Positions 50,193 to 63,791 of a stretch of DNA of 64,000 bases are shown here, piece by piece. Both the position numbers and the translations under genes were made by a program. The notes below the pieces were generated by a model. The model had not been told where the DNA came from and searched no databases. It saw only the letters and a program-made list of their open reading frames with translations. The DNA is from Camelus ferus (taxonomy: Eukaryota), in NCBI RefSeq assembly GCF_009834535.1, contig NC_045697.1:81532001-81596000 (forward strand), given 5' to 3'. How positions within the stretch are numbered: position 1 is the first letter of the stretch; each line of letters starts with the position of its first letter.

Positions 50193-52126
50193 TATTAATG
50201 AAATGCTAATCTTAAAGGCTGATAACCGCCCTGGTGTTTCCTGGAAATTGTGTATTAACAAGAGGGAGCTGACCAACAATATTCAAAAATTATTTTTTTC
50301 TTTCTCTAGGAGACTGTTAACTAAAGGAGAAATGATAGAAAAATATTTACACTTACATCTTCCTTGCTTTTGCATGGAGGCACAAACATACACCTGTACA
50401 CAAATGCATCCCAAATTCTACCAATAAGCCTAAAAGTGCATCAAATTATGATTACTTTTAATGTCTTTATTCTTCCTGTTTTGTTCATTAAAACGTATGG
50501 GTTATGGTAAACCACTTAATTTAAATTGGTGATGACTGATTGATTATCAAAGGGTAAACTCAGTACATTTAAAATATCTTTCCTTGGTCACTCTCTATAC
50601 CTATTGCCTAAGATCCTCCTCTCCACAAGGCCAAATCCTAATCTGAAACCTGTCATTTTTAACCTTACCTTGTCTTTAGATCAGCTTATTGTTTTTCTTG
50701 TTGCTATTTCCCCCTCAGTATCTGGTCTTTTTTGCTAGTGTTTGTAGTTTCCAAATGGATGACAATTTCAAGAATGACAGTGGTCCTGAGAAATCAACTG
50801 TTCTGCTAAGACAAAACCTATAAAAACAATACTTACTATATTTTAATTTTAGTATTTTTAATCTTCAGATTCACAATGTACAAATTCTACAAATTTTAAA
50901 GGAATATAAAAGTAAAATTTAGACTTGCTTTTGAGCAGTTCCAACTAATTATTCTGGTATTTGAAACTCTCTTTTATTCACTTGCGAATCACTTCCTGGG
51001 TGCTTTACTACATGTACTGTGTGATGTAACATGCTCTGAGATACGTAAACAGGCAAAGACAGGCTCTTGCCCTCGAGGAACTTTTCAGTCAAAAATCATG
51101 CCAGATATGATTTAAATAGAATCAAAAACCCTAAAGTGAAAATAGTAAGATGCAATTTAAATATTGGCGCTTTTATGTTTGGTTGAGATCATGAACAAAA
51201 GTTATTAAGAAGAAAAACCTTGAAACAATTCAAGGACAATATAAGTGATTACTTTATCAAATGCTTAAACATAATATAATCATAAAATTGGTCCTGCTTT
51301 TGATGTTTCCCCATTCCATTCTTTTAGATACTACAACCAGTTCAAATTTTCTAATTCTATTTCCTACCTTTCCATGCCTTTGCCCTCAAATCCTTAAAAT
51401 ATTCTCACTGCAGCAAAATTAAGAATCCATAATTCTTTGTTTGGCATTCTAAAATCTCTTTCTGCTTTTATTTCCAACTTAATATTCTTAGATTTCATAA
51501 TTAAGACAATTTTAATTTTTTAAAAAGACAACAAAAACATATATTTTAAACCATTAAGCAGTAGTATTAAGGGTTTGATAAAATACACAGTATTTTGTCT
51601 TAAGAGTGTCATTTAAAATCTTTATACCTACTAAGCCTATTACCTGGCTCTTCTGAATATCAAATTTGCTTTTTATAGATTTATGTCTTGTATGACTCCA
51701 AAGAGTTTGCAGTTTTAATGGCAATGCTTAGTGTGAAGTACAACTATTAACAATGCATTTAGGTTCCATGAGCTGTGACATTATCAGTGTAATTAATGTA
51801 AAGGCAAATTTGACATCTTATCAAAGAAGTGTCTCAGAGCACGGATTTTGTGTTAAAAAACGAACTACATAAGAAGTTGAAAACATAGTAATATCAAACA
51901 GGATCGAGCAAAATGCACTGAATTTAACATTGTACTAGTCAACTTTCAATTGCTAGATGTACATAGAATTATAGCTTTGTTCATGTGAAACATCATATAA
52001 TAGATTATTAAGTTCTTCAGCAGCATAAATTTTATAGAGAAAAACTGCAGTGAAAATATTACTACAAAATAATACTACCTCTGTAATTACAAGGTTAGGA
52101 ATATAGTAATAGTATATATTAGTAAA

Positions 52127-52560
52127 GTACATTAGTTTGCCTGGGCTGCTGGAACAGAAGCACAATTGGTGGCTTAAGCAACAGAAATTCATGGTCTCAC
52201 ATTTCGGGAGGTTAGAAGTGAAAAATCAGTGTCAGCAGGACTGGTTCCTCCCAAGGGCTGAGGGAAGGATCTGCTCAGGTCTCTCTCGTTGGTCTGTAGA
52301 TGACTTCTCTTTATGTCTCCTCACACTGCATTTGTCTAAGCGTCCCTGTCTCTATGTACAAAGTTTCCTTTTTTATTAGGACATCAGGCATATTGTATTA
52401 GAGCCTACCCTAGTAACCCCACTTTAACTTAATTATGTATCCTATTACCTCTAAAATAACTTCACTTTAACTAAATTACCTCTAAAAAGAGTCACTTTGG
52501 AGGTCCTGAGGATTAGTATTCCAACTATCTTATTTTGGGGAAACGATTCAGTCAGTAACA
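52127..52560 (-). mobile_element. MaLR solo LTR, MLT1B/C-like
   Basis: TGGTGGCTTAAGCAACAGAAATTCATGGTCTCAC..GAGGGAAGGATCTGCTCAGG..TTAGAGCCTACCCTA..GATTCAGTCAGTAACA. Confidence 0.85.
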
Positions 52561-53309
52561 TAGGGATATTTTTAAAAAAATAACAAGAGTAACATTATTT
52601 TTATAGGACTACTTTTTAAAAAATATTCTCAAGCACTCAACTTTTAAAATAAAAACGTTTCCATTAAAAACTCAAAAAATATTTTAAAATAATAAGATAT
52701 AAAATGGTAATGAAAGGAGAGCACTTTTCAATTTTCTGTATCTTGCTGACTAACTGAAGTTGAACACCACTGCTACTGAAGTTTAAGAAGAAAACATGCG
52801 CCTTAGGCTTTCTCCAACATTTATACTTGAAGTAAGTTCTAAATAATTTTCACTGCTTACAAAATGTATAGAAAATTCTTACAACACTTTGAAAAAATAG
52901 TATAGTTCAAAAAAAAAATCTCTGAAAATGGGCGACTTTCTGATCATTCAGTTCTCTACTTTCCTTTTAAAACTGAGTTGTGAGAATGTTTAGCTAAATA
53001 TATGAAGGATGGTAGTTTTAATTAATTTATCCCAGCAGGACCAAACAAGAGTTCTTTCATATTTTGAAGAAAATGACACTTTTGGTAAAAGCTGAATCCT
53101 GATGTAAGGAAGGGGTAGAATGTAAGCTTTTCTAAGCATACATTTCCAAACTACTTTGACCATGAAACATGTCATCGTTAGAAGTATTACATCTTTAATC
53201 TAGGCAACAGATAGTTTGAACTACAGGGAATTGACAATATTTGACATTTTTTGACTTATAAATAGCAATTTCATATGACTTAATCTGGTATGGATGGAAA
53301 ACAGAGAAG

Positions 53310-53920
53310 TTAGCTTATGCTAATGAGGTAAATTTGGTGGGCCCCTAGATAATTTATTTTAACACAATGACTAAAGGTGGAGGCTGGCCAGGTCAGAAAG
53401 ATTTACCATGTTAGAAGGTTGGGGTTTTGAGCCATGTGATATTTGTTCAATTTCTTCTGTGGGGAGAGGGCTGAAGATTGAATTCAACCAGATGGCAAAA
53501 ATTTAGTCAATCACATCTAGATAAAAGGTGAGCTTTCCTAGTCGGTGGTGCTCTTTGAGAATCATTACATTTGGATATTGGAAAGATATCATATTCATAA
53601 AGATGATGGAGGTTTCATATTTGGAGCGCTCCAGTCTTTACCCTATGTTTCTCTGTCTTTGGCTAAGAGTAATTTGTACCATTTGCTATAATAAAACTGT
53701 AATTGTAAGTACATGTATAGTGTTTTTTCTGAGAACTTTGAGTCATTCTAGGGACTATCATATCTGATGGACTCTGTGGAGAGTCATAAATTTGCAGTCA
53801 ACTTGTCTGAAGTAGGGGTAGCCTTGGGAACCCTTGAACTTGTGACAGGTATCAGAAGTCTTGTACAGACTTGGCAGTCTGGAAGATGGTGCCTTCTAAC
53901 TTCTAGTTAGGCTTAACTCC
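53310..53920 (+). mobile_element. ERV LTR, MER21C-like
   Basis: GGCTGGCCAGGTCAGAAAGA..TTAGAAGGTTGGGGTTTTGAGCC..GGGCTGAAGATTGAATTCAACC..TATAATAAAACTGTAATTGTAAGTA..GAACTTGTGACAGGTATCAGAAGT. Confidence 0.75.
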
Positions 53921-54369
53921 ATATAATCCCAAATAAGTCAACCTGAGGAAATTTCAGGAATAGGAAAGTAGAGCCACATAGGAATTGTAGAAACACAAAA
54001 AATGAAAAATTAGAAGGAAGTAGTATCTTAACCACTAGATAGGACTGTCAGAGTGGAGGATGATGTTTATAGCTGAGTTTTATGAGATATTTTCATTTTA
54101 AAGGAATTGGGAAGAGTTTGATATTATTTAAAAATCCAAGCCTTTCTATAACCTTACCTTATTCACTCTTAGTTATATTATAAAGGGCAAATATCTTTGA
54201 TGCATGTTTTAAATGGGAGGTGTTTCCTTATATTCATTATTTAAAACTATTTTTTATCATGGCACCTTACTGTCTCAGTGAATGGAGCCTAGTCCATTTC
54301 CTGAGATGTACTCAAATTCTATGTCTTCAGCTGTTAGGGAAATCTTTATGTCAAAAATATTGCCATTTA

Positions 54370-55799
54370 GCAAGATGGTGAATTAGAAAGACACTTAGCT
54401 CACCTCCTCTCACAGGCATACCAAAATCACAATCAGCAGAACCACCACCAATGAAAAAGACTAGAACATACCAGAAATTATCTACTACAATAAAGACATA
54501 AAGAAAGACCTACAACAAGATGGGTATGAGGGGGTGGACTTAACGATGTAGTTAAGTCCCATACACCAAAGTAGGCAACCCACAGAATGGAAAATAGTTA
54601 CATTGCAGAGGTTCTTCCAAAAGAGTGAGAGTTGTGAAACACATGCCAGGCTTCCCAACCTGGGGTTCCTGTACTAGGAAGATGAGCCCCCAGAGCATTT
54701 GGCTATGAAAACCAGCAAGACTTAATTTTGGTAGTCCAAGGAGGCTGGGGGAAATAAAGACTTCATCTTGAAGGGCACACACAAAATCTCACACCCTCTG
54801 GAACCCAGAGCAGGAACAGTAATTTGATAGCAGCCTGTGTCAGATCTACCTGCTGATCATGGAGTCTCCCAGAAGAGACAGGAGGCAATTGCAGCTCACC
54901 CTGGGGACATAGACACTGGCAGCAGCCATTCTTGGCAGCAACTTCTACCACATGGACAAGGTGGCAAGAGTTATTTAGTCTTGGCAGATTGTAGATATCT
55001 GTCACTGCAGATGACATGATAGTATACATAGATAATCCTAAAGACACCACCAGAAAACTACTTGGGCTCATCAATGAATTTGGTAAAGCTGCAGGCTACA
55101 AAATTAATGTACAGAAATCTGTTGCATTTCCATACACTAACAGAAAACTATCAGAAAGAGAATAAGGAAACAATCACATTTATCATTGCATCAAGAAGAA
55201 TAAAATCCTTAGGAATAAACCCACCTAAGGAGGTAAAGACCTATGCTTGGGATAATCTAAGACACTGATGAAAGAAACTGAAGATGACAGATGGAAAGAT
55301 ATACCATATTCATGGATTGGAAGAATTAATACCATTGTAATGGCACTACCCAAGGCAATCTACAGATTCAATACAATCCCTTTCAAAATACCAACGACAT
55401 TTTTTTCACAGAACTAAAACAATTTTAAAATTTGTATGGAAATACTAAAGACCCTGAATAGCCAAAACAAACTTAAGAAAGAAGAACAGATCTAGAGCAA
55501 TTTCACTTCCTGGCTTCAGACTATACAACAAAGCTACAGTAATCAAAAAATATGATAGTGACACAAAAACAAACACACGAGTCAATGGAACAGAATAGAG
55601 TGACCAGAAATAAATCTGCACACTCATGGTCAATTAATATATGACAAAAGAGGCAATGATATAAAACAGAGAAAAGACAATCTCTGTAATAAGTGGTGCT
55701 GGGAAAACTGGACAGCTACATGTAAAATAATGAAATTAGAACATTCTCTAACAACATATACAAAAATAAACTCAAAATGGATTGAACACCTAAGTGTAA
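54370..55799 (+). mobile_element. Rearranged L1: 5'UTR fused to ORF2 RT/thumb region, 3' end missing
   Basis: CAAGATGG start and 5'UTR motifs to ~54970; from 55007 ADDMIVYIDNPKDTTRKLLGLINEFGKAAGYKINVQKSVAF (RT core); collinear ORF2 to AACTCAAAATGGATTGAACACCTAAGTGTAA. Confidence 0.88.
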
Positions 55800-58597
55800 T
55801 ACTGTCTGAAAATGGCCTTGAAATCAACAGAGGTATAGGGTCTGTGACACTACTGTGGGGTAAGAGACTTGAGGACACTCAGTTAGGAGAGGGAAAGGTG
55901 TATCTTCAAATTTTATAATTTAAAAAAATGATTTTTTGAAATAAGTGCTTAAAATAATGATATACTTGGAAAGGGTCATAGTATTTTCCTTGTAAAATAC
56001 TTAATTCATTTATAAAAGATCACACTCTGCCTAGGAAATGTTCAAGAACATTCAAGAACATTCAAGGTTGTTGGAGTTTTTTTCAACAACATTGCAGGAC
56101 ATTTTTTTCATGATAAACATTTTACAGGAGACTTCTTGATATGTTGGGCATATAGAACTGCCTTATTATTGTAGAGCTTATTTTGTCATTAGTGATGACC
56201 ATGTGCCTTGGACATTTCAAGAGCATCTGTTGTTGATACTCCTCCTTATGGCTTCCACAGTCAATACCAATGTTGTTCTTGTGGAAATGGATATCTTTAT
56301 CTCCCTGCTGGCATGCTTTTCCCATTCTTTCATATATGAAAAAGAGAATAAAGATAGAATTAAGGTAACCAAAAAAATACCTCTGGCACAAATAATATAT
56401 TGAAAAATTCCTAGTTAGCTTTCATTGAAATTATATGAAAAAAGTTAATAAAATTCAGTGATACTTTTGTTTTCACTTTTCCCTCCAATATTTCTCTACA
56501 GTACACATCCCACTATTGAAATCTTTGAATTTGTCACTCATGGGGATTAAAAAAATTACCTAAGCTTCTGTTGCTTGGAACATTTGTATTACTGAGTTGT
56601 TATTATAATGATGCCCTGGGGCAAATACATATTCTCATGTCTTTTCTGGCTCTTGCTTCAGATTTTCATTTGTTTGTTTGTTTGTTTAGCCCTTGTAAAT
56701 AATGAATACTCAATGAGAAAGAATTCTTGTTAGTAGGCCTGTTTTTATATTTATAATATTGTTGGATTTAAAAAAAAGTACCCTCTTTTATTTGAAGATG
56801 TTATAAAATGTATGAATAGTATTATGTATTTCTGAGAGGTAATGATTATGAAAAGAAAGTTATAACTTCCTTTTTGCTTCATTAATTGTAATTTAAACAT
56901 TCATTTTATCTTTAGATTTTGGAAAAACATCTTTTTAATAAAAAACACTTCCTTTCTTAATTCCTCTAATATATTCATTAAAACACTTTGATAACAAACA
57001 TCTTGAAATAATTTTCTTTAGCAACAATTTACAAAACATGCATACAAAAACATCTATGTTTTCAGATCATGAGATTACAAAACTCTTCTAGTTTCATTAT
57101 ACTTAATGCAGATTTTGTAATAAACAAAATAAAGAACAAGTCAATGTTTCATTATTGGACTTAATTTTGATGTCATTTTCTCTAATGTCAAAATATATTT
57201 TGATGCAAATTGCTTTTATACCACATAAATTTATAAAAGAATTGTATTTATTACTAAATTTATTCCAGTAACTAGAAGATATTAATGACTATGAATAGAG
57301 CTATTTCAGTTAAAGATCTTTAGTCAAATAAGCTGAATTAAATTGTTTTAAAATTATCTGCTCAATATTAATTATGCTGCTGATGAATATAAAGTTGGGT
57401 TCATCACTGACATTTCTCCTATTTATCAACCATTCTGATAATTTTGCATTAAAAATGTATTATGGATTTAAAAATACTTTCTTCATCATTATTACTATTA
57501 TTTTTATATTGTTTTGATAAATCCTATGACATCTCTTTTTCAAAGGAAATGTTTCAAACTTAATATCATGTTATTAGATAAAGTATTATCATCTATTTTA
57601 TGTTTTATTAATTCAAAATTTTGTACTTTATATACTAATGTAGGGCACATCAATTATACTTATTTTCAAAGTGAAATTATTCCATGATTGTTTATAAGTT
57701 AAACATTCCATACAGTTATTCATATGCTTTTTAATGAATTTATTGTGGGTATCTGAAACCATAATAACTACTTCTCACTTTAATTTTCTTTTCTACTAGA
57801 TCAAATCTAGTTGTCTAGTTGGCTCCATTTCAATTCTACCACTTCCATATATAATTATTCTTATGTCCATAATATGTTTTGTTAACCATTTCTTCCACTA
57901 GTCATTTTTCTTAACTTCAACAAGACTTCATTTGGTCAGTCTTAATCATTACATTGCATACAACTTTAAGACATTCTTGAATCAATGACTTCAAATTATC
58001 TCTACTTAACATATGACATATAAAACTGATTCCCAATATATTGGAGGAGTCAGTAATAACAACAGAAATATTTCATTATAAAAGCACACCCTAATAAAGC
58101 AAATGGTTTTCTTGGAAATGTGGAAGGGAGAGAAATAGAAATTATAATTTTTCTCATTAAAATAGGGTGAAAAAGAGTAATTACTTTTGATGTAAAACAA
58201 TGCATAATTTTAAATATAATGCTAAATACAAAATTTAATCAATTATAAACAAAGTATAAACATTTTACACTATGCCCTAATGGCCTCTAACTACACCATA
58301 TGGAACATGTAATCTTTCTCTCTTCAGTAAGGGATGAAAACATTAGATAGTTTTCACTGACAAACATTTTGGCCCAGAGTGATAACCATCACTTTTCTAA
58401 AACATGGTTCTGCCTAACTCTCAGGGGACAAAGAAACATAATTCTCTAGTATTCCTGGAGGAGAACCAGATGTGAATAAACAATAAAAATTTCTACCAAT
58501 AAAAGTTTCTAACAGAAAGACCAAGAAACATGAATGCATGAATCATAGAATAAATTATGATTAATCACATCTATACATTTAAGACAATCTTAGTTGC

Positions 58598-59150
58598 TGT
58601 GTGAGGAGTCTGTTCCATGACAAAATCCTGTGTGTGATATTTCAGCTGGACTTTTAGCCATCACAGTTTAACTGACAACCCTATGTCAGGAAGCTGCCCT
58701 CCTCACTCGGAATTTGGTGCACAACAATGCTTTCTAGTTTTATGCAGGGCATGAGAGTCAGGACTCAGTACCCTCCTCCATCTCGACACCAGCCATGCTC
58801 AAGCACCTGGTCCTGGTGTCTCTATTCACAGGCGCTATGAGGGAAATTCACCAAGGAACTATTCCGTCCTTTCATTTGCTTTCTATTCCTAGTCCTTCCC
58901 TGCCCACAAGTCCATAAAGAGACAATGCCCTTTTGTAGGGACTCCTTGACCAGGAGAAGACATGCCACATCTGTACTGCATCTATCTGACCCCTACCTAG
59001 TGCCATTCTATGGGGAGAAATGGATAGCGGGCAGCTGGCCCCTTACTTTTTTTGTTCCTTGCTTACACTGTTGTGCTAAGTGAATAAAGTCTTCATTGTT
59101 ACTTTCACATTGGCTTATTGCTCCAATTGACCAACTTGACACCTGGTTGG
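58598..59150 (+). mobile_element. ERV-L-type solo LTR (MER54/MER74/LTR53 group, tentative)
   Basis: GC-elevated block starting TGTGTGAGG; 3' region AAGTGAATAAAGTCTTCATTGTTACTTTCACATTGGCTTATTG..AATTGACCAACTTGACACCTGG with poly(A) signal. Confidence 0.55.
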
Positions 59151-60266
59151 TTGGCACTCTGAATAGCAGAAAGAGTCTTGTGAGTCTTCAGGAAAGAGCT
59201 AGAGGTCTCCTTGGAGAACGATCTCTACTGAGATCTCAGGCTGAAAAAGGGAAATTGAACTGTAGTTGGGTCACATCAGCAAGCAGCAATCTAGGTGAAG
59301 TGCTGCTACTCTCCTTATTGTAAATATTATTTTTTTTAATGTGGATAATACAAAGTGGTTAGTTTGACTTTACTACAGTGAATTGAGAACTGCTTCCATA
59401 GAGTTACATGTCTTTAAATTACTTTCCTTTACCTGTTAAATGTTTATGGAGTTGAGGATATGCTCTTGAAATGCATGAACAATTAAAAAAAAAAACCTCT
59501 TTTTATATAAACCATAAACCACTAATTATTAGTAAATCAGGAATATCACTGCCTCACTCTGTTATAAGTAAAATCTTGGTATTTTTAAGAATCCTTAAAT
59601 CAACATGCTTAAAAATCACTATAATTAGAGAAAAAGACAGGTTTGCATGAGAAGGTCTCAGTCAGTGATTTGGAAAGAACTCTTGGGTAAGAACAAGGTT
59701 TATGTAATAACATAACAGTTAATATTACTATGTTTAGTTAATGCCAAGCAAAAGCCCAGTGTTTGAGAAAAAGCCACTGGATCTGATACTGTTTTTAGAA
59801 AGTCTTTCTTTTGATATTTCTTATTTAGAAAAAAGGAGTTATTTCATCTTTCAAAGCTTTGGTATTTACTCCCAAATCGTGATAACCCTATGTGTGTGTT
59901 CCTTTGAACAGAAAGGAAGCTTGAAATTTTTCTTCATGTTCTGCAGCAGTTCATACGGTATGATGAACAGAGTTCTTTTAATGACTTTGAATGTATAATC
60001 TTTTAAAAATTAAACTATGTATATCTCAAGTAAAGCCTCTTTAAATTGTCAGATTTTCATATTGCACCTTTTCTTATCTTCCCAAAGTTTAACAATATCA
60101 TGGGTAGAAAACATTACTTTCTGAATTTAAAACAGTATATAAATATAAATTTCATGTATCTTAAAATAAGTAGTTAAAAAAGATATTTTACTGCTTTATT
60201 TTACAAGCCATTACTTCCTATAAAAATTACTGATTTTTAAAACCTGCAACATTTCTATTCATATCA

Positions 60267-60735
60267 TGGTAAGATGGCTGGCTGCCTATCAACATAAATT
60301 CACCGCCACTTTCTTGGTCATAGAGTTGTAGCTGGGATAGGCTGACTAGCTGTGAATTTTCCAGCCATCATGAAAGCTAATTGTAGGTATTTGAATTAGT
60401 TCTTTCCCCATACAAGATGAGATATGTATACTTCTACACTTGGCCTAAAAAACACAAAACTCAAAAAAAAAAAAAATCAGGTTTGCTCCTTCACAGTCTT
60501 TCCTCTATCTACAAGCTAGAACATGGAAATACCTGCAAAACAGTTTCATATGTATAAATGAAACATTCAGTAGATAATGAAAAAAGAGATGGTGGGATCT
60601 CAATTCATAAATGACCATGTGTACCAGGGTCACCTGCTATTTGAGATTGTTATAGGAAATAAGCATTTATTTTTCATTAAGCCTCTGAATTATTTTGTCT
60701 AATTGTTATAGTTGAATTGTGCACAACCAGCACAA
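60267..60735 (+). mobile_element. MaLR solo LTR, MLT1J-like
   Basis: GTAGCTGGGATAGGCTG..TTTCCAGCC..AATGACCATGTG..AAATAAGCATTTATT..TTAAGCCTCTG..TTGTTATAG. Confidence 0.6.
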
Positions 60736-63188
60736 ATATATAAATGCCTAATGTCATGTGGTATAAATATAAAATAGACTCTATTAGAAAAATAAATTCA
60801 AATAATCAGCAGAACACAGATGATCCCATGAAATTCTCATAATCTCACAAAAAGATATGTTAGGTTGTGCATAGCTGGACAACTGCTCACAGATTCATCA
60901 TTCTGGCCCTTATTACTCTATTAAAAACATTTTTATATTTACATTTACTGATCATATTCACTATATGGAACATTCCTATCTATCTATTTCATCTTTTTAA
61001 GTTCTTTCTATGTGTTTATTAATTACTTTGTTTTATATTTCTAATTTATTAAGTTGAACTTGTTTTATTATCATTTGTCATATTTTTAAATAAAAATATT
61101 TAAACATCTGCATATATTTTAACAGTATGTTATAGATTTTAGGAAGAAGTATTCTTATTCTTATTATTTCTAGTTAATGTATAATTTCAGTTTATTTTTT
61201 TTAATTATTCTTAAGTTGTCTTAAGTAGTCAAGAATCTGGGGTTTTTTTTATTATTTATAAGTTATGTATCAATATATAATTATAACATTTGGCTTTTAG
61301 TCTCTATATATTTAGTGCAAAACTTAGATAAAATTGCAAAGACATATGAAAAAGTATGATGTTTGCTGAATGTAAGGATAAAGCTGCATCATTTTTTTTA
61401 CTTCATTTTTTCCTCCTAAACTTGTTTTCATCATATTTTGTTCTTAAAGAATTTTTTGCTTTCTGTATCTTACTGTTATTTTTTATTTTATATAATAATT
61501 GTAATTTTATTTCTTCCTTACTTTAACCCTTTCAGTCTTAACTTCTACTCTGATATCAGTGTTTTCAGGCACAATTTGTTTATATCTTTTTATTACACTG
61601 AAATACATATTATTTTATTGTAATACAGATAACACATTATTTGGCAGGATTTTCTTCTTATTTAACTCACTTTATTTCTGTCTTATGGAAATGAAATTTA
61701 CCAATTAACCTTTAGCAATATGCTAACACAATATCACCTTGTTTCTGATGTAAATTCTCTTGTATTAGACATCATCTCTAGTTCAATAGTATCAGAGTAG
61801 TTTTTCTGGTATTGACCACAGACAGGATGCACAAGAGGTATAGCAACTCAGCCCTTGCATTCTGAAAATCTTATTCTCTGTTTCTGATAGATGAATGTTA
61901 TCATGGCTATAAAAGGTCCTTTGATTTTACTTTTTTCTCACTTCTCCCCTGACTTATCCACCACCCAGGACTTTATTATATTTCACTATCAAATATAAGA
62001 AGTCTAATGCTGGTCTTACCAAGTTTCACTTACTACATATGTTAGATATTTCAATTTTTAAAAAAAGATACTCATTAGATTAAAGGCATTAGTTGGCTCA
62101 AGTAATGGTTTTGGTCCAGACTTCCACTTTGTAGAGGAGTTCTGGAATGCTTCTCATTTTAGGGTTCATTTGATCGAAAAGTTCATAATATCATCAGCAT
62201 TGTTGCTGCATTTTGTAGCAGTAAACTCAGTTTTGACTTTTGTAGTATGCTTCAACTCTGAGTCATCTTTACCGGCAAAAACAGACATGTTACTTAATTC
62301 AGAGAAATACAGAATGTCTGCACTACATCTATTAATGAGCAAAATCACATTTTTTAATAATAAGCCTTCTTCAAACTTACCGTTTCTTAAGTGCAAAATG
62401 TTTTATATGCCCATCCCTAGAACAACTGTGAGTAGGATGATGACGTGCTCTATCAAAGACATTTAGTCCTGCAAATTTCTCTGAGTGACAGCTGCAACAC
62501 AATTAGGATGGGTGATTCTACCAAAGAAATTATGGTAATATTGATAGAAGAAGGGATGCAATAAGTGATGAAGGGAAATCACTACACATCTGCTATAGCA
62601 GGTAAACAATTACAGTAGTATATCTCTTTCTGCCTGAAAGCTTTTTATCGTATGATTGGATATTGTTGATTATGTTTTATCTTTGAGCTATTAGAATTTC
62701 ATGTAGGTTTATGTATGTGTCTTTTTTAAAAAAACAAAATAATGACAGTTATTTAAAAAAAATATGATAATTTTACCTGGTATTTTGAAATATTTAACAA
62801 AAAAAATTTTAAAGCATGTGAGAATGTTAAGTGGCATCAAAACAGGAGCACAATGCCCTCCTTTTTCTGCCATGACTCTGCCACTAAAAGTTATACAATG
62901 TACTAAAACCCTATGTGGCAAAATTAAGGAAGTTTTTTATTAATAATTATTTACATAGTAACTACTAAAAGTACATTCTAGAAAGTTAAATTATTCTAGT
63001 ATCTGCATTGGGAGGCAAATATAAAATTCAAAAACCCTGGATAGAAAAAAAAATTAGATATATCATGAAAGATACATTTGAAAAGAATCTGTTAGGAAGG
63101 AAAGACATTGTTAGAAAGAACAATACACAAATAGATACCTATATTTCATATCTTCAAATGATATATTGGTTAAATAAAAGGAAAGTAA

Positions 63189-63791
63189 TATTAGGCAGTT
63201 AGACAGAAATGAGCACCAGGCAAGGGGAGAGGAAGGGGGAGGGAACAATGCAGAAAATAACAGTATGCCTGGGCGGAGGATAAGGGGCTCCAAAAACTTT
63301 ACTTTCTCTAAATGAAGGCCTGCAAAGAAGCTGACTAGATTCAAATGCTGTGACTGCTTTGCAGTAGGCAGAAGGACCCGGCTTAACCTGACCCAAGCTC
63401 ATTATAATGTAATTAACATTGCAGTTTGAGCCCCCTCCTGTAGGTTTCTCTGTGTGGGTCATGGGTAAGAACATACCTAAAAGAGATGGGCGTGCCTGAG
63501 CACAAAGAACCTGAGCTGTCAATCAGCCTGAGCACTCAAAGAATGGAAGTCATCAATAATCAATCACAAAAACGCCCCCGACAAACAGGAAAAACAAAGG
63601 AGAGGCACTATTTTTCCTCTCTTGGATTGGCCCACCCCCAATTCTTGGGGAATGTACTATATTTTATTACCTTTTCACTTCACTGATAAAATCTTCTGTT
63701 TATATTATGCTGTCTGTCTCCTATTAGAAATTCATTTTTTCTGCATGTTTAAGAACCTACGTAATTTTTTATTCCCCTCTTCCCTGTAACA
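63189..63791 (+). mobile_element. ERV1-class solo LTR
   Basis: TATTAGGCAG (decayed TGTTA) ... TGTAACA inverted termini; 4-bp TSD GTAA at 63185-63188 and 63792-63795; GC-elevated; GATAAA poly(A)-like site near the 3' end. Confidence 0.7.

Noticed and set aside
56041..56066. Tandem TTCAAGAACA x2.6
   Set aside because: Ordinary slippage duplication with no spacers; not CRISPR-like.
62166..62396. Filovirus nucleoprotein-like motifs (GLLLKNV, TTKVKTE)
   Set aside because: Spacing between the motifs does not fit filovirus NP as I recall it and the flanking residues do not match; judged coincidental.
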